Shown piece by piece: positions 28,602 through 39,162 of a DNA stretch of 64,000 nucleotides. Source of the stretch: a virus. The translations under genes and the position numbers were made by a program. Numbering within the stretch: position 1 is the stretch's first letter; the number at the start of each line of letters is the position of its first letter. The notes under the pieces are model-generated. The model was given only the letters and a program-made list of their open reading frames with translations, did not search any database and was not told the origin of the DNA. The DNA lies in the IMG/VR virus record IMGVR_UViG_3300025603_000009, positions 1 to 64,000 of that record, one strand, 5' to 3'.

Positions 28602-31600
28602 TTAAAGAGTTTTTATTGCAATTGGTTTTACATCAAGTAAACGAAATGTTCTAGGAGTATTTGTTGTATACTCCAATCTAACTATTATGAATTTACTAAT
28701 AATTTCTGACAAATCAAACCAATTCTTCAACAAATTTATATTAGTAGTATTAACTTCACCATCATCATTAATTAAAAATACAGTAGGATCAATAACAAAA
28801 TCACGTATTTCATTAAACCGCCACTCACCTTTATCAAAAGCAACGTTATTATCAAACCAAGGAACATAATCTCCATCTATAGGAATACGTCCAGTACATT
28901 GCGTATCAGTATAAATAGTAATATGTGTAATAGTATCTTGTGGACTTGCACCTCTAGCACTATTATACACTTCTGAAATCCATTGAATAGCTTGTAATAC
29001 AAATGTACCCGCATCAGGAGAATTAAACAACAAATCTATATAACTTCCAAATCTTTCGTCTTCATAAAATTGTCCTCGTTTTAATTCAGTTTTTGAATTA
29101 TGACCATAAATTTTATATTCATTACCATTAATATTATTTCTAACAGAATATAAACGTTGAGATGTTCTAAAATATAGATTAGGAATATAGTCATGTTCAC
29201 ACACCCACATTTTTCTTCCAAAGTCATATGAAACAGTAAATTCACGTTCTGGTTCAGATGTTTTATTTTTAGTAACAAGAAGTCTATTATAAACTGTATC
29301 AAAACCTACAGTAAACCCACCAACACCCATAGGATTATCAGAAGTTGAATTAGCTTTAGGTAGATTATCTTTAAAAAATACTCTACGTCCTTCATTACTA
29401 AGAATTTTAACAGCACCATCATATTGTACTATAAAACCTTCATTAGATGATACAAACAAATAACCATGTCTACACAATACAAAACCAAACTTATCAGCTA
29501 GTCCTAATTCCCCAATAGCATCGTTAAGAACTTCTTTTGGTTCATATTCAAAAATTTCACCGTAACCAATATTAGCATTTTCTGCACCAACATTAATAGT
29601 AGCTCTTGCAGCAGTTACATACAACCCGTGTTCAAGATGTATCATTAACCTATCTCCAAAGGCGCATACGGCAACAATGTTACCACGTTTTTTAGGCATT
29701 TCATAATAATCATTAATAAGAAACACACGCCATGTTAATTCATATTCTTCTCTAGTGCTAGGTATAGATAATGCAATTTTACTTGGAAATATATCTTGAA
29801 TTGCTACACAATCTGTAGAAGGATTATATGGAAAAGCACTTTTTAAATAATTTAATTGTGAATAATCTTCATTATATAAATAAAGACTATCATCAACTAA
29901 TGCTAAATCATCTTCTTTAGGGTAAGATTGAATATTATTATTAACGTCATCAAATCTTAAACCAATATTTGCTGCACTTTCTACAGGTATATATGTAAAA
30001 TACGTATTTCCTGCAGACCTACGTTCAAATCCATGACCGTTTATAAAAATATCACCACCATTTTCATTTTTAACTTCGTATGTATCATTATCGTTAATAA
30101 AATAAATTTTTCCTGTACGAACTAATTGTTGATTATAAAAATCTTTATAAATATCATTTTTGTAATACATAAGATTACCAATAGTACCATAAGGATTTAA
30201 TATTACATTTACTAACAAATTATTATCTCCTCTAGACCAAGCAAATCTATGTGAATATACGGGTTTAAATCGCATATTTTCATTAAATTTTCCCCATAAT
30301 ATTTCTTCACTATTAGCATTATTAATATAACCTGTAGTATTTCTAGGTACATATAAAAGTTCATCAAGAATACGCAATTGAAAAGCCCCTTTATAGCCAT
30401 TTCCAAAAGTTTCATTAGATGTTAAAAAATTATAATTGTTATTTACTAACAAATCAGTTTCATCTAATGCAAAACCATATAGTTGTTGCTTAAAATATGC
30501 AGGAAAATTTCCAGGTTTAGTTTTAAGAGAATCAAAACCGTGAAATCTAAAATCATCTTCTCCTGTATTTATAATACTATTACTATCAATTCTATTATCA
30601 GTAAATGTAGTAAGAATAGATTGATCAAAAATTAATCTATTGTTAGCATCTCTTTTAGCATACAGTATTTCAAATCCTTGTATTTCTGCTTTAATTTCAG
30701 GGGGGAAATATATATCTTCTAATGCAATACCTAATACAGTTGTATCTATTTCACTCTGACTAAAATCATATGTGTTAGTAACAGCACTAGGTACAATTTT
30801 AATAACAGGGTTCGCCCTTGAAGATGATGGTGGAACTAATTCTCCATCAGTACCATTATGATCACTTGTAAATTCGACTGTAGGTGCAGTGTGAGCAAAT
30901 CTAATTTTAAAATAATCATATACACTTACGTCAATATCATTAATTCCTACACTAACATTTAAAGCAGAAGGTACTACACCACCAACATTTTCTGCTGCGT
31001 GTGTAGCTAATAAAACACCATCTTGACTATACTGCTCTAACCGAAATACACTAATAACATTAATTGCACCACTAATAATATTAAAATCAAAATCTATAAT
31101 TAAATCTACAGTCTGTGTTGCCATACTACGACAATAAAATACTAATTCATCATCATCAAAAGACAATACCCAATTAGCATTATGACCGTTAAGAGCTTTA
31201 TCTGTAATAAGAGATGGAACACAATATGCAGTATCAAAATATCTAAATTTAATATTACGACAACTATCTACTTCAGAAGGTTGTGAAACATGATCGTCTA
31301 CAAGAATATGAAATTCTCTACTTAAATTAGTACTTACAGTATTTCTTGTAACGTGCGGTATACCCCAATCACTAAGTTTTTTTAAGCTAGGCATTTTATG
31401 ATGTCTAACTTTTGCACTACGAATATTACCAATTACACCACCTGAATCTACAACATCAAAATCGTCTGTATCAGGATAAATTTCAGTTTGATTTTCCCAA
31501 TATCCCATACGTCTATCAATACGTGCAGTATCATAAATTTCATGTGCTTTTGCAGTATCACTTAATTCTTGTGCATATAGTCTATTAATATAATTATAAT

Positions 31601-32840
31601 TATCTGGACCAAGTTCAGTTAATAAAGCATTTTCTAAATAATTATTATCTGTATATGGTAATGCTATTGCAGACCTACCAGGGATATGATAAGCTTTAGT
31701 ACGTTCACCATTTTTTAAAACTAGTGCAATATACAATGCGTATACTTCGTCACCTTGAAATCCTTTTTTATTATAAACTACTGTACCTTCTTTAAATGTC
31801 TTATTTATAGTATTTAAACTTACAACAGTTTGTTTTCGCCATTTTACTTTAATATTATTGGCGTATTTTTGATAGTCTAAATCTCTTATTTCTTTAACGT
31901 GCGCTAAAACTAATCTGTCATTTATAACGTCTATAGCTTCCGCACCGTCGTATATTGCATTTGAAACTAATACACTACCTAAATCAATTAATTCAGCGTC
32001 TAAAAGCGTAGTTAAGACGTATTCAACGCTATCAGCTTGCTGTATAGCGATTTTAGTGACCCTATAGGTTTGAATTTCTTGCGCTATAGACGTACTAATA
32101 CCAATAATGATAAATTCATAGGAATTGTCGAGGTTTGAAAAATCAATTACAATAGATTTTGTACTAAATTGATCGGCAGGATCACCATCATATTCAACAA
32201 AAGTATCACCATCATTACTTAAAACAATAGGTACAGGATTAGATAATGCAGACCAGCTTGTAATACTACCATCAGATAATTCATATGCTGTAAATATAGA
32301 ATATGAACCTGTAGCTAAGTTACCACCCGTATCTCTAATTTCTCTTACATTAATTACAGGAACAGTATAATTAGGAAAAATGTTTAATAAATTAATATCA
32401 TCAGCATTAACAAAATCATTATTAATATCTAATTCAAAAGGTAAACAATCTACATTTAAAATTCTAGGTTTATTATGTCCAGTTTGAACACCATCTACCC
32501 ACGCTATAACTAAATTACCATTAAACATATAACGAAAAGACCCTCGAATAGGGTTATCTGTGTTTAAAGACAATAATTGACTATTAATTATAACAGTATA
32601 AACACCACCTCTTACAACAGCAATTTCGTTATCTGTATTATTAGTAGAATAAATAATGTATTCTTTAGGCGTACCAAGAACCCCGCAAATAGGATAAGGG
32701 GCGTCTTCTAAACCGTCAAAACCAGGTTCATTTTCTACATCATTACTTTCTCCACTAAGAACAATATTCTTAGCTTTTCTCCAACTAAGTGTTTCAGAAC
32801 TTAAAGGAGAAAAATCGTCTTTATTACCTTTTAACTGCAT
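28602..32840 (-). CDS. tail muzzle / stabilization protein (P22 gp10-like)
   Basis: 1412 aa; RLVLAHV, GFQGDEVYALYI..AYHIPGR, MGYWEN.EIYP, VRHHKMP and FTVSYDF..WVCEHDYIP motifs typical of the crAss muzzle. Confidence 0.85.
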   Translation of the reverse strand: MQLKGNKDDFSPLSSETLSWRKAKNIVLSGESNDVENEPGFDGLEDAPYPICGVLGTPKEYIIYSTNNTDNEIAVVRGGVYTVIINSQLLSLNTDNPIRGSFRYMFNGNLVIAWVDGVQTGHNKPRILNVDCLPFELDINNDFVNADDINLLNIFPNYTVPVINVREIRDTGGNLATGSYSIFTAYELSDGSITSWSALSNPVPIVLSNDGDTFVEYDGDPADQFSTKSIVIDFSNLDNSYEFIIIGISTSIAQEIQTYRVTKIAIQQADSVEYVLTTLLDAELIDLGSVLVSNAIYDGAEAIDVINDRLVLAHVKEIRDLDYQKYANNIKVKWRKQTVVSLNTINKTFKEGTVVYNKKGFQGDEVYALYIALVLKNGERTKAYHIPGRSAIALPYTDNNYLENALLTELGPDNYNYINRLYAQELSDTAKAHEIYDTARIDRRMGYWENQTEIYPDTDDFDVVDSGGVIGNIRSAKVRHHKMPSLKKLSDWGIPHVTRNTVSTNLSREFHILVDDHVSQPSEVDSCRNIKFRYFDTAYCVPSLITDKALNGHNANWVLSFDDDELVFYCRSMATQTVDLIIDFDFNIISGAINVISVFRLEQYSQDGVLLATHAAENVGGVVPSALNVSVGINDIDVSVYDYFKIRFAHTAPTVEFTSDHNGTDGELVPPSSSRANPVIKIVPSAVTNTYDFSQSEIDTTVLGIALEDIYFPPEIKAEIQGFEILYAKRDANNRLIFDQSILTTFTDNRIDSNSIINTGEDDFRFHGFDSLKTKPGNFPAYFKQQLYGFALDETDLLVNNNYNFLTSNETFGNGYKGAFQLRILDELLYVPRNTTGYINNANSEEILWGKFNENMRFKPVYSHRFAWSRGDNNLLVNVILNPYGTIGNLMYYKNDIYKDFYNQQLVRTGKIYFINDNDTYEVKNENGGDIFINGHGFERRSAGNTYFTYIPVESAANIGLRFDDVNNNIQSYPKEDDLALVDDSLYLYNEDYSQLNYLKSAFPYNPSTDCVAIQDIFPSKIALSIPSTREEYELTWRVFLINDYYEMPKKRGNIVAVCAFGDRLMIHLEHGLYVTAARATINVGAENANIGYGEIFEYEPKEVLNDAIGELGLADKFGFVLCRHGYLFVSSNEGFIVQYDGAVKILSNEGRRVFFKDNLPKANSTSDNPMGVGGFTVGFDTVYNRLLVTKNKTSEPEREFTVSYDFGRKMWVCEHDYIPNLYFRTSQRLYSVRNNINGNEYKIYGHNSKTELKRGQFYEDERFGSYIDLLFNSPDAGTFVLQAIQWISEVYNSARGASPQDTITHITIYTDTQCTGRIPIDGDYVPWFDNNVAFDKGEWRFNEIRDFVIDPTVFLINDDGEVNTTNINLLKNWFDLSEIISKFIIVRLEYTTNTPRTFRLLDVKPIAIKTL

Positions 32841-33232
32841 TATCGTTCTTTATATGGTAAATTTACAAGTAATATAGCATTTTTTGGAAATTGTTTTACT
32901 ATATCACTATTTGATGTATTTTTAGACATTGTAATATTTAATTCTTCTGCTAAATTTACAACGTCTACAGGGTCTACAATAAAAGATAATAAACTTACAA
33001 GTGTTTGAGAATTTACTAAATCAACATATTTATAAGTTACTTCTGGCATATTACCATCTTTTATTAAAAAATTATTATCAATTTCTTTTTCAACTCTATA
33101 TTTTTTAGTGTCAGGATACGAAAAAATAGGTAGTTTAAAAGCTATACTGGCTTTGTTAATTTCAACAACAAGCCACCCTTTTGATAACCTATTTTGGTTA
33201 TTATTAATTGTACCTATATATAAACTAACCAT
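32840..33232 (-). CDS. hypothetical tail-region protein
   Basis: Likely ATG at 33232 in a TAATG overlap with the upstream stop. Confidence 0.65.
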   Translation of the reverse strand: MVSLYIGTINNNQNRLSKGWLVVEINKASIAFKLPIFSYPDTKKYRVEKEIDNNFLIKDGNMPEVTYKYVDLVNSQTLVSLLSFIVDPVDVVNLAEELNITMSKNTSNSDIVKQFPKNAILLVNLPYKER

Positions 33233-34812
33233 TATGAATGTGTTATTGAACAACCATTATTATTTAAATAGGTAGCATCTGCAATACCTGTAGAAGAGGG
33301 TGCAGAATTTCCTGCTAAATCAATATCAATAGCTCTATTAACGGCATCATAACTAGTACGTGCTTGAGCAATAATTTGATCAACTTCTGATTCAGGTAAA
33401 TTACAATTTAATATTTTAAATGTAACAAATGTATTTTCAACTGTATTTGTCCATGTTACTAAAGTAGCATTTGAACTAAAATATAACGTAATTGCATTAG
33501 AAAAATCTGCACTACTGGATACATCTTCAATTTTATTGTTATCAAGTCTTATATTAGTTGCGTTTTCATAATTTAATACAGGTACACTTACTAATTCATT
33601 AGCACTTAATAATATGTCAGTCCAAGATGTAGATGTTGATAATGGAAAAGATATTAAATCGTTAAATTCAGCACTAACTCTTTGAATATTGGCAAGTGTT
33701 ACTGAAGGTAATGAAACAATACTATTGTTTCTAAAATATAAATCTTCAATACTATCTGTTAACCAATTAGCAGGTATAGAAGTTAATGCACAATATTGTA
33801 TATATAAATCTTTAACAGTATCTAAATCCCATGTTGAATTAAGTACAATATTATTATTATAATCTAATCTTACACGACCTATTCCACAGTTAACATTATC
33901 AGGACAAGTTTGTAAATCACAATTCCAAAAATCATAATCTACACAAGAAGGCATTGAAGCATCAGGTGGGGCAGTAAGTAAAGATGAAGATGTAACTCTA
34001 AATTGTAAAACACTAGCACCATTAAATGCACCTATACTAGTTATAGATTGTGTAAACATTCTTACTTGCCTTATTAAAACACCATCAACAATATATATTT
34101 TAATAGTTTTACTAGTTGAGTCAGAATATGATTTTGTTAATGCAGGTGTTGATACACCCATACTTGAAACTTGAGATGTATCATCACCCCACAAAACTAT
34201 AACAAAATCTGTACTTGTTGTATTTATGGTATTAGTATGTGTACCAGATTTAGTTGTAGTATATTCAAATAAATTATAATTATACTCGAAAGTATCATTC
34301 ACCTCTGAAGAAAGACTTGAAGCCCCATTAGACGCTTGAATAACCATTTCTAAATTACGAGAAGGATGTGTCTCAATAGTACCACTAGCAATAAGCCAAT
34401 CAGTCATAGCAAAATTAAGTACCATACCGTTCGTTATTGTCAAAGGCGTAGTTATATTAGACTCAACATCATCTACCCAGTTAGATTCAGCAGATGGTGC
34501 ATTAGTACCTATTACATCACCTATAGCATATTCAGCAGAAGCTATTATAGTTGAATCATCTGCATCTCTAATACTAATTAAAAATCTAGAACCATTACTT
34601 AAAGGAGCACCTTCAGCATTTTCTAAAGTAATTGTAAAATCTTGTTGATTTGTAATTCCTCCAGTAATACTAGCTACAATATTTATTGTACCAGTAAAAT
34701 CAGCTGCTCCCGTATCTGGTAATATAATATGTTTAATAGACGTAAATATACTATTTGCACTAATTTTTAGTCCATTAATAAAATTAATACTTCGAGTAAT
34801 TAAATTATCCAA
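33232..34812 (-). CDS. leucine-rich-repeat protein with N-terminal beta-rich domains; candidate receptor-binding protein
   Basis: Repeats such as IEDLYFRNNSIVSLP, DILLSANELVSVP, NIRLDNNKIEDV; lies in the tail cluster. Confidence 0.65.
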   Translation of the reverse strand: MDNLITRSINFINGLKISANSIFTSIKHIILPDTGAADFTGTINIVASITGGITNQQDFTITLENAEGAPLSNGSRFLISIRDADDSTIIASAEYAIGDVIGTNAPSAESNWVDDVESNITTPLTITNGMVLNFAMTDWLIASGTIETHPSRNLEMVIQASNGASSLSSEVNDTFEYNYNLFEYTTTKSGTHTNTINTTSTDFVIVLWGDDTSQVSSMGVSTPALTKSYSDSTSKTIKIYIVDGVLIRQVRMFTQSITSIGAFNGASVLQFRVTSSSLLTAPPDASMPSCVDYDFWNCDLQTCPDNVNCGIGRVRLDYNNNIVLNSTWDLDTVKDLYIQYCALTSIPANWLTDSIEDLYFRNNSIVSLPSVTLANIQRVSAEFNDLISFPLSTSTSWTDILLSANELVSVPVLNYENATNIRLDNNKIEDVSSSADFSNAITLYFSSNATLVTWTNTVENTFVTFKILNCNLPESEVDQIIAQARTSYDAVNRAIDIDLAGNSAPSSTGIADATYLNNNGCSITHS

Positions 34813-35707
34813 TTGATTTAATTCTATGTACTAGTGATACTTCAATATAACAAGTACCAGTTGCTACAATTTGAAAATTACTAAGTTCAGCAACATCTCC
34901 ACCAGGTCTATCAGGATGATCTCCTAAAATAATTATTGTTGCATCTCCGACAGTTTTAAAACCTAAACCCGTTGTAGTATTTGGAGTTGACCCGTCTATA
35001 GTCCATCTAACAACTTCTGAACCATTATATACAACAATCATAGCACCTGTTGCATTATTTTCTGTTAACAAATCAACAACTGTAGTAACAGTTTCAGCTA
35101 CTTGACAAGTATTAAGTTTACTTGCAGTTGTAGTTAATCTTTTAGATGCTCTACTTTTTGCAGCTCTTATATATTCGTGATCTAATATTTTAACTCTTGA
35201 CATTACTAAAGTCATAGTATTAGTAGTAAATTGTTTACTAGTTATACTATAAACAAACGCTAGTGTAGTAGCATCTTGAGCAGGTGTTTCTGATAACCCT
35301 GTTTTAATACCATATACAATAACATATTCATCAGCATTAATACTACCTAAAGTACCAGTTACTTGAAACCACCCTATTTTAAACGTAGTAAACCCTTTTT
35401 TACTATATACTTGTTGCTGAAGATTAGTTATAGCAGTTATTAAACCCGTTGTATTTGTATTAATACTTTCTACAGCAGCAACAACATCATCTAAAAGCCC
35501 CATAGAGGTACTAGTATTTGATTCTATTCCTGTAGTATTTGTTTCTATTAGTGTATTAATATCTTCTAAATTAGAAAGACTTGCAAGTAAAGTAGTTAAA
35601 TCTGCTTCAATAGCGGTGGTATCACAAGAACCACCTCCAGCTGACATATTATTAATAGCAATTTCAATTCTTTTTAATTCAAGAAATATAGTTTTTAAAT
35701 CAGACAT
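34805..35707 (-). CDS. putative tail fibre/adaptor protein
   Basis: Real start probably MSDLK at 35707, 1 nt after the upstream stop; N-terminal heptad coiled coil and beta-rich C-terminus. Confidence 0.55.
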   Translation of the reverse strand: MSDLKTIFLELKRIEIAINNMSAGGGSCDTTAIEADLTTLLASLSNLEDINTLIETNTTGIESNTSTSMGLLDDVVAAVESINTNTTGLITAITNLQQQVYSKKGFTTFKIGWFQVTGTLGSINADEYVIVYGIKTGLSETPAQDATTLAFVYSITSKQFTTNTMTLVMSRVKILDHEYIRAAKSRASKRLTTTASKLNTCQVAETVTTVVDLLTENNATGAMIVVYNGSEVVRWTIDGSTPNTTTGLGFKTVGDATIIILGDHPDRPGGDVAELSNFQIVATGTCYIEVSLVHRIKSIG

Positions 35708-35708
35708 T

Positions 35709-36458
35709 TTATGTAGATATTGTAAAAGGATTAGTAATACGAGTTCCAGGAGTAATGCCAGTAGAACCTGCACCAGCTTCTCCATAAAATTGTCTAAACA
35801 TATCTCCGCTATATGTAGGATCTAACCACCTATCCATAAAAGCATTCATATCATCAAGACTATTCCAATCTATTTCATTTCTTGCTCTTGTAGCAAAATT
35901 TTCATAAATAGAATTAACTTTTTCCCAATTTCTATTAAAAACAGGGTGATTATAACCACCTAATATCATACGACCTATAACATAAAAACCTAACGCATCA
36001 GCATAAGATTTGTTATCAGGTATCATAGGCATATTACACTTATCTAAAGGTATCCCTTGATAAAACAATTCTAATTCTCCAGTTTCAAATGTAACAGTAA
36101 ACCAAGGGTCTTTAAAATTGTAATAATGATTAGGATGGTGAGAAAGTGTTTGATTATCAGGAAAACTATTCCAGTTTGTAATATCTTCTAAAGAACTAAT
36201 ATTAGGATTTTTATCAAGTTTCATTCCTTGATACCGCAATCCAATAAAATTATCAACTGCACAAGGCAATACAAATTTATAATTTTCTACAGTTATTTTA
36301 ACACTACAAATTTCTCTTGAATAATATGCACCTATATCTTGAATAGCTTCACCTATCCATTCATAAGCATCACCTATCCACTCTGTACTTTTAGGTTTAA
36401 AATCACGTTCTATTTTAGCAATAACAGAACTAATTGAACGTTTAGTAACTTGAAACAT
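35709..36458 (-). CDS. tail tubular / ring protein
   Basis: YEWIGEA, LFYQGIPLDKCNMPMIPDN..YADAL motif; crAss gene order. Confidence 0.75.
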   Translation of the reverse strand: MFQVTKRSISSVIAKIERDFKPKSTEWIGDAYEWIGEAIQDIGAYYSREICSVKITVENYKFVLPCAVDNFIGLRYQGMKLDKNPNISSLEDITNWNSFPDNQTLSHHPNHYYNFKDPWFTVTFETGELELFYQGIPLDKCNMPMIPDNKSYADALGFYVIGRMILGGYNHPVFNRNWEKVNSIYENFATRARNEIDWNSLDDMNAFMDRWLDPTYSGDMFRQFYGEAGAGSTGITPGTRITNPFTIST

Positions 36459-37239
36459 AATCTAACATTTTATAACGCAAATCAACATTATTTTTTGATT
36501 TACGTTCAACATTTAATTCAGTAATAAATGGGGCAGACGGTTTAAATGAAAAAAAAGCTTTATTTGCAACAAACGACGTTTTTTTAACCCAAGAAATCCA
36601 ACAGTTAATATTGTCAGCATATACAAACCATTTTTCTCCACCATTATCTTTAATAGGATTTCCTAATTCACATCTTTCAGTAACTTTATACGGAAGTCTA
36701 TCTTGTTTAATTAGTTGACGTTTAAGAATATTTGAAGCGTTCCAATCAATTCTTTGTTTATCAGATTTTTTTCTAATAATTTCTAAACACCCTAATCTAG
36801 CGGTTAAAGCAATACGTTGTCCGTCTATTAAATTTCTACGTATAATATAATTATTAGTAAAAATAATAGTTTTAAAAACTTCAAGTGTAGGTAATACACT
36901 ATTTAATTTATCAATTTCAAATTTAATAGCATTAACAGCTTTAATTTCTTTAATAAGTTTACTAAGTTTTTTTGTTACATCAGTAATAAATGCAACATTT
37001 GTATCTAAAGAATACACTATCTTAATTTCTTTTTCAAGTTTAATAGATTTTTTTATAAACGCAAAATCAAGATTTGCTTTTTTATTAAAGTAAATCTTGT
37101 TAGGTTCAAGTTTATTCCACATAATATCAAGAGATGTATTAATGCGTATATAATAAGATTTTAAAGATTTTAATTTCTTTATATCTTCATTATATATACG
37201 GTCATACAACATTCTTGTATTAATCATTTGTCGTTTCAT
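36442..37239 (-). CDS. IHF/HU-like crAss protein
   Basis: LTARLGCLEI...IDWNAS...FSFKPS; basic; sits between the ring genes. Confidence 0.65.
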   Translation of the reverse strand: MKRQMINTRMLYDRIYNEDIKKLKSLKSYYIRINTSLDIMWNKLEPNKIYFNKKANLDFAFIKKSIKLEKEIKIVYSLDTNVAFITDVTKKLSKLIKEIKAVNAIKFEIDKLNSVLPTLEVFKTIIFTNNYIIRRNLIDGQRIALTARLGCLEIIRKKSDKQRIDWNASNILKRQLIKQDRLPYKVTERCELGNPIKDNGGEKWFVYADNINCWISWVKKTSFVANKAFFSFKPSAPFITELNVERKSKNNVDLRYKMLDYVSSY

Positions 37240-37846
37240 CTACTTCTATTTCTGTATTTTGTGTACTAGTACTAAACTTTTTAAGAAGCATATCTTTAAT
37301 TAAAAAAACCATATCTGCGGGTATACCAACAAAAGCGTGTTGATCTAAACAATCGTTAGCTTTACATACATCTTCTACATCTATAAAAGGAGCTTTTATA
37401 TGTGCATATCTTATTTTACAATTATTATATACATATAAATAACCATTTACATAATCATAACGTATAAAGTTTTGTGTATATTTATTGTGTTTAGTGTGGC
37501 ATAAAACCTCAACGGGTGTATGTATAAATGCACCCTTGCGATTTCTAGTGCTTACACTTATAAAAGGAGCGCGACCATGCAACCTTACAGGTTCAGGCAA
37601 CTGTTCAATACTTCTTAACCCATCAAGTCCTGCAATATTACATAGATCGTTAGCTTGAATAGGTGCTAATTCAACAGTAATAGTAGTCATATAAATATCA
37701 GAACCGTTATTACGTTCTGAATCACGACGTAATAACAAAGCAAAAGCCTCTTTTATTTCAACAATTAAAGTTTGTTTAAGAGTATAATTTCCTATTTGAT
37801 TAAGAGCTACTAAAGTAGTATCTGCTATGTCGCTGTAAGTAGTCAT
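37220..37846 (-). CDS. tail ring protein
   Basis: RSIEQLPEP, NKYT..YVNGYLYV and IPADMV motifs; gene order. Confidence 0.65.
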   Translation of the reverse strand: MTTYSDIADTTLVALNQIGNYTLKQTLIVEIKEAFALLLRRDSERNNGSDIYMTTITVELAPIQANDLCNIAGLDGLRSIEQLPEPVRLHGRAPFISVSTRNRKGAFIHTPVEVLCHTKHNKYTQNFIRYDYVNGYLYVYNNCKIRYAHIKAPFIDVEDVCKANDCLDQHAFVGIPADMVFLIKDMLLKKFSTSTQNTEIEVDETTND

Positions 37847-37849
37847 ATT

Positions 37850-38314
37850 TTAATTATCTTTATTGTTACCTAAAATATGTATTTTCTTTGTTGTAGGTAA
37901 TGTAAGGAATTTTTTTTCAGTAGCAAAGTCAATGTAAAAAGAACTGTTTTTTATATTTACAAGAATATGGTGCGTTACATATGGAGGAATTAATAAATAT
38001 TCATTTTCATGAATTTTTATATCTCTAACATTTTCAACAATTGTACCTTTAATAACATATATTAATTCCCAATGATTGTGTTTACACAACTCTAATTCGC
38101 CTTTGGAAGTAAAAAGTAAAAGATAACGTTTAAAATTACCATTAACTTTTATATATGTAGACTTAATAAAATCTTTGCTAAGATTAGAAAAATGTTTTAC
38201 GTTATTAATAATGTCTATTATAGGTATATCTATATCAACATATCTTAGCCTATTACGTGTTATTCGTAATGATTCTCTAGCTTCAATTATCGGTTTAATT
38301 ATTTTTGTTTGCAT
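37850..38314 (-). CDS. cupin-domain protein
   Basis: HNHWELIYVIKG...LLIPPYVTH two-motif cupin signature. Confidence 0.7.
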   Translation of the reverse strand: MQTKIIKPIIEARESLRITRNRLRYVDIDIPIIDIINNVKHFSNLSKDFIKSTYIKVNGNFKRYLLLFTSKGELELCKHNHWELIYVIKGTIVENVRDIKIHENEYLLIPPYVTHHILVNIKNSSFYIDFATEKKFLTLPTTKKIHILGNNKDN

Positions 38315-38618
38315 TAATAGTAGCTTTTACTTCTGTTAAAACGGTATTTATATCAATAAGTGTAAGATTAATATCTTTACTAATTGAAGATTGAGCTTCC
38401 ATTTTTGTTACAATTGTACTAGTAACTAATGTAACTTCAGCAGTTAAACTAATAAGTTGTTGTACAAGTTCAGACTTTTCAGTTTCATATTTATTACGTA
38501 AAATTATACCTTCTGTTTTTTCTTGTCTATACATACGTACTGTATATATAAGTATTAAACCCAGTACAACTATAATAGGAGCTTGTTCTATTAACCAGTC
38601 TAATATTAATGATTCCAT
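38295..38618 (-). CDS. holin-like single-TM coiled-coil protein
   Basis: APIIVVLGLILIYTV transmembrane segment followed by a coiled coil. Confidence 0.5.
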   Translation of the reverse strand: MESLILDWLIEQAPIIVVLGLILIYTVRMYRQEKTEGIILRNKYETEKSELVQQLISLTAEVTLVTSTIVTKMEAQSSISKDINLTLIDINTVLTEVKATINANKNN

Positions 38619-38645
38619 TTCTTAAATTAGTATTATTAGATATGT

Positions 38646-38677
38646 AAAAACATCTACAATATAAAATTGTAGATGTT
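38646..38677 (-). terminator. intrinsic terminator
   Basis: Minus strand AACATCTACAAT-TTTAT-ATTGTAGATGTT-TTT. Confidence 0.65.
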
Positions 38678-38706
38678 AGTATTTTCTTTATGTTTATAGT
38701 AAAAAA

Positions 38707-39162
38707 CTATACTGGACAATCAAGAGGTTCGTAAATAGCTTCATCTTCATTAGGTGTAGTGTTTGTAAAACAAGTAACAATACCACTATTTTCATACAAA
38801 CTAGAAATATCTTCAGTTATTACAGCAGCAGGTAAATTATATGCAACATCCATGATAGGTTGTATATTAAATTTACAATTAGTAAAAAGACACTTTATTA
38901 CATCATAACTTAAAATTGTATTTAATTCTACGTCCGAAGTAATATAACCATCTTTAACAGAACGATAGACATTTAATCCATACATAACAGCAAGAAGTCT
39001 AATTAAAGCCCCTTTATTTATGCACGAACTTCCATTATATCCTTCATCAATATGGTGTTCTTTTAAATAATTTGCAACATCATTACGAACAATAGAAAAT
39101 AATTCAATCGCTTTGTTATCAATAGGTGTTAATAAACCGTAGTCAAAAAACATAATTAACAA
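38707..39162 (-). CDS. putative tail hub/structural protein
   Basis: Position after the Cys-rich structural gene. Confidence 0.5.
   Translation of the reverse strand: MLIMFFDYGLLTPIDNKAIELFSIVRNDVANYLKEHHIDEGYNGSSCINKGALIRLLAVMYGLNVYRSVKDGYITSDVELNTILSYDVIKCLFTNCKFNIQPIMDVAYNLPAAVITEDISSLYENSGIVTCFTNTTPNEDEAIYEPLDCPV

Noticed and set aside
33232-34812. Diversity-generating retroelement target
   Set aside because: No reverse transcriptase and no template/variable repeat pair noticed in the window
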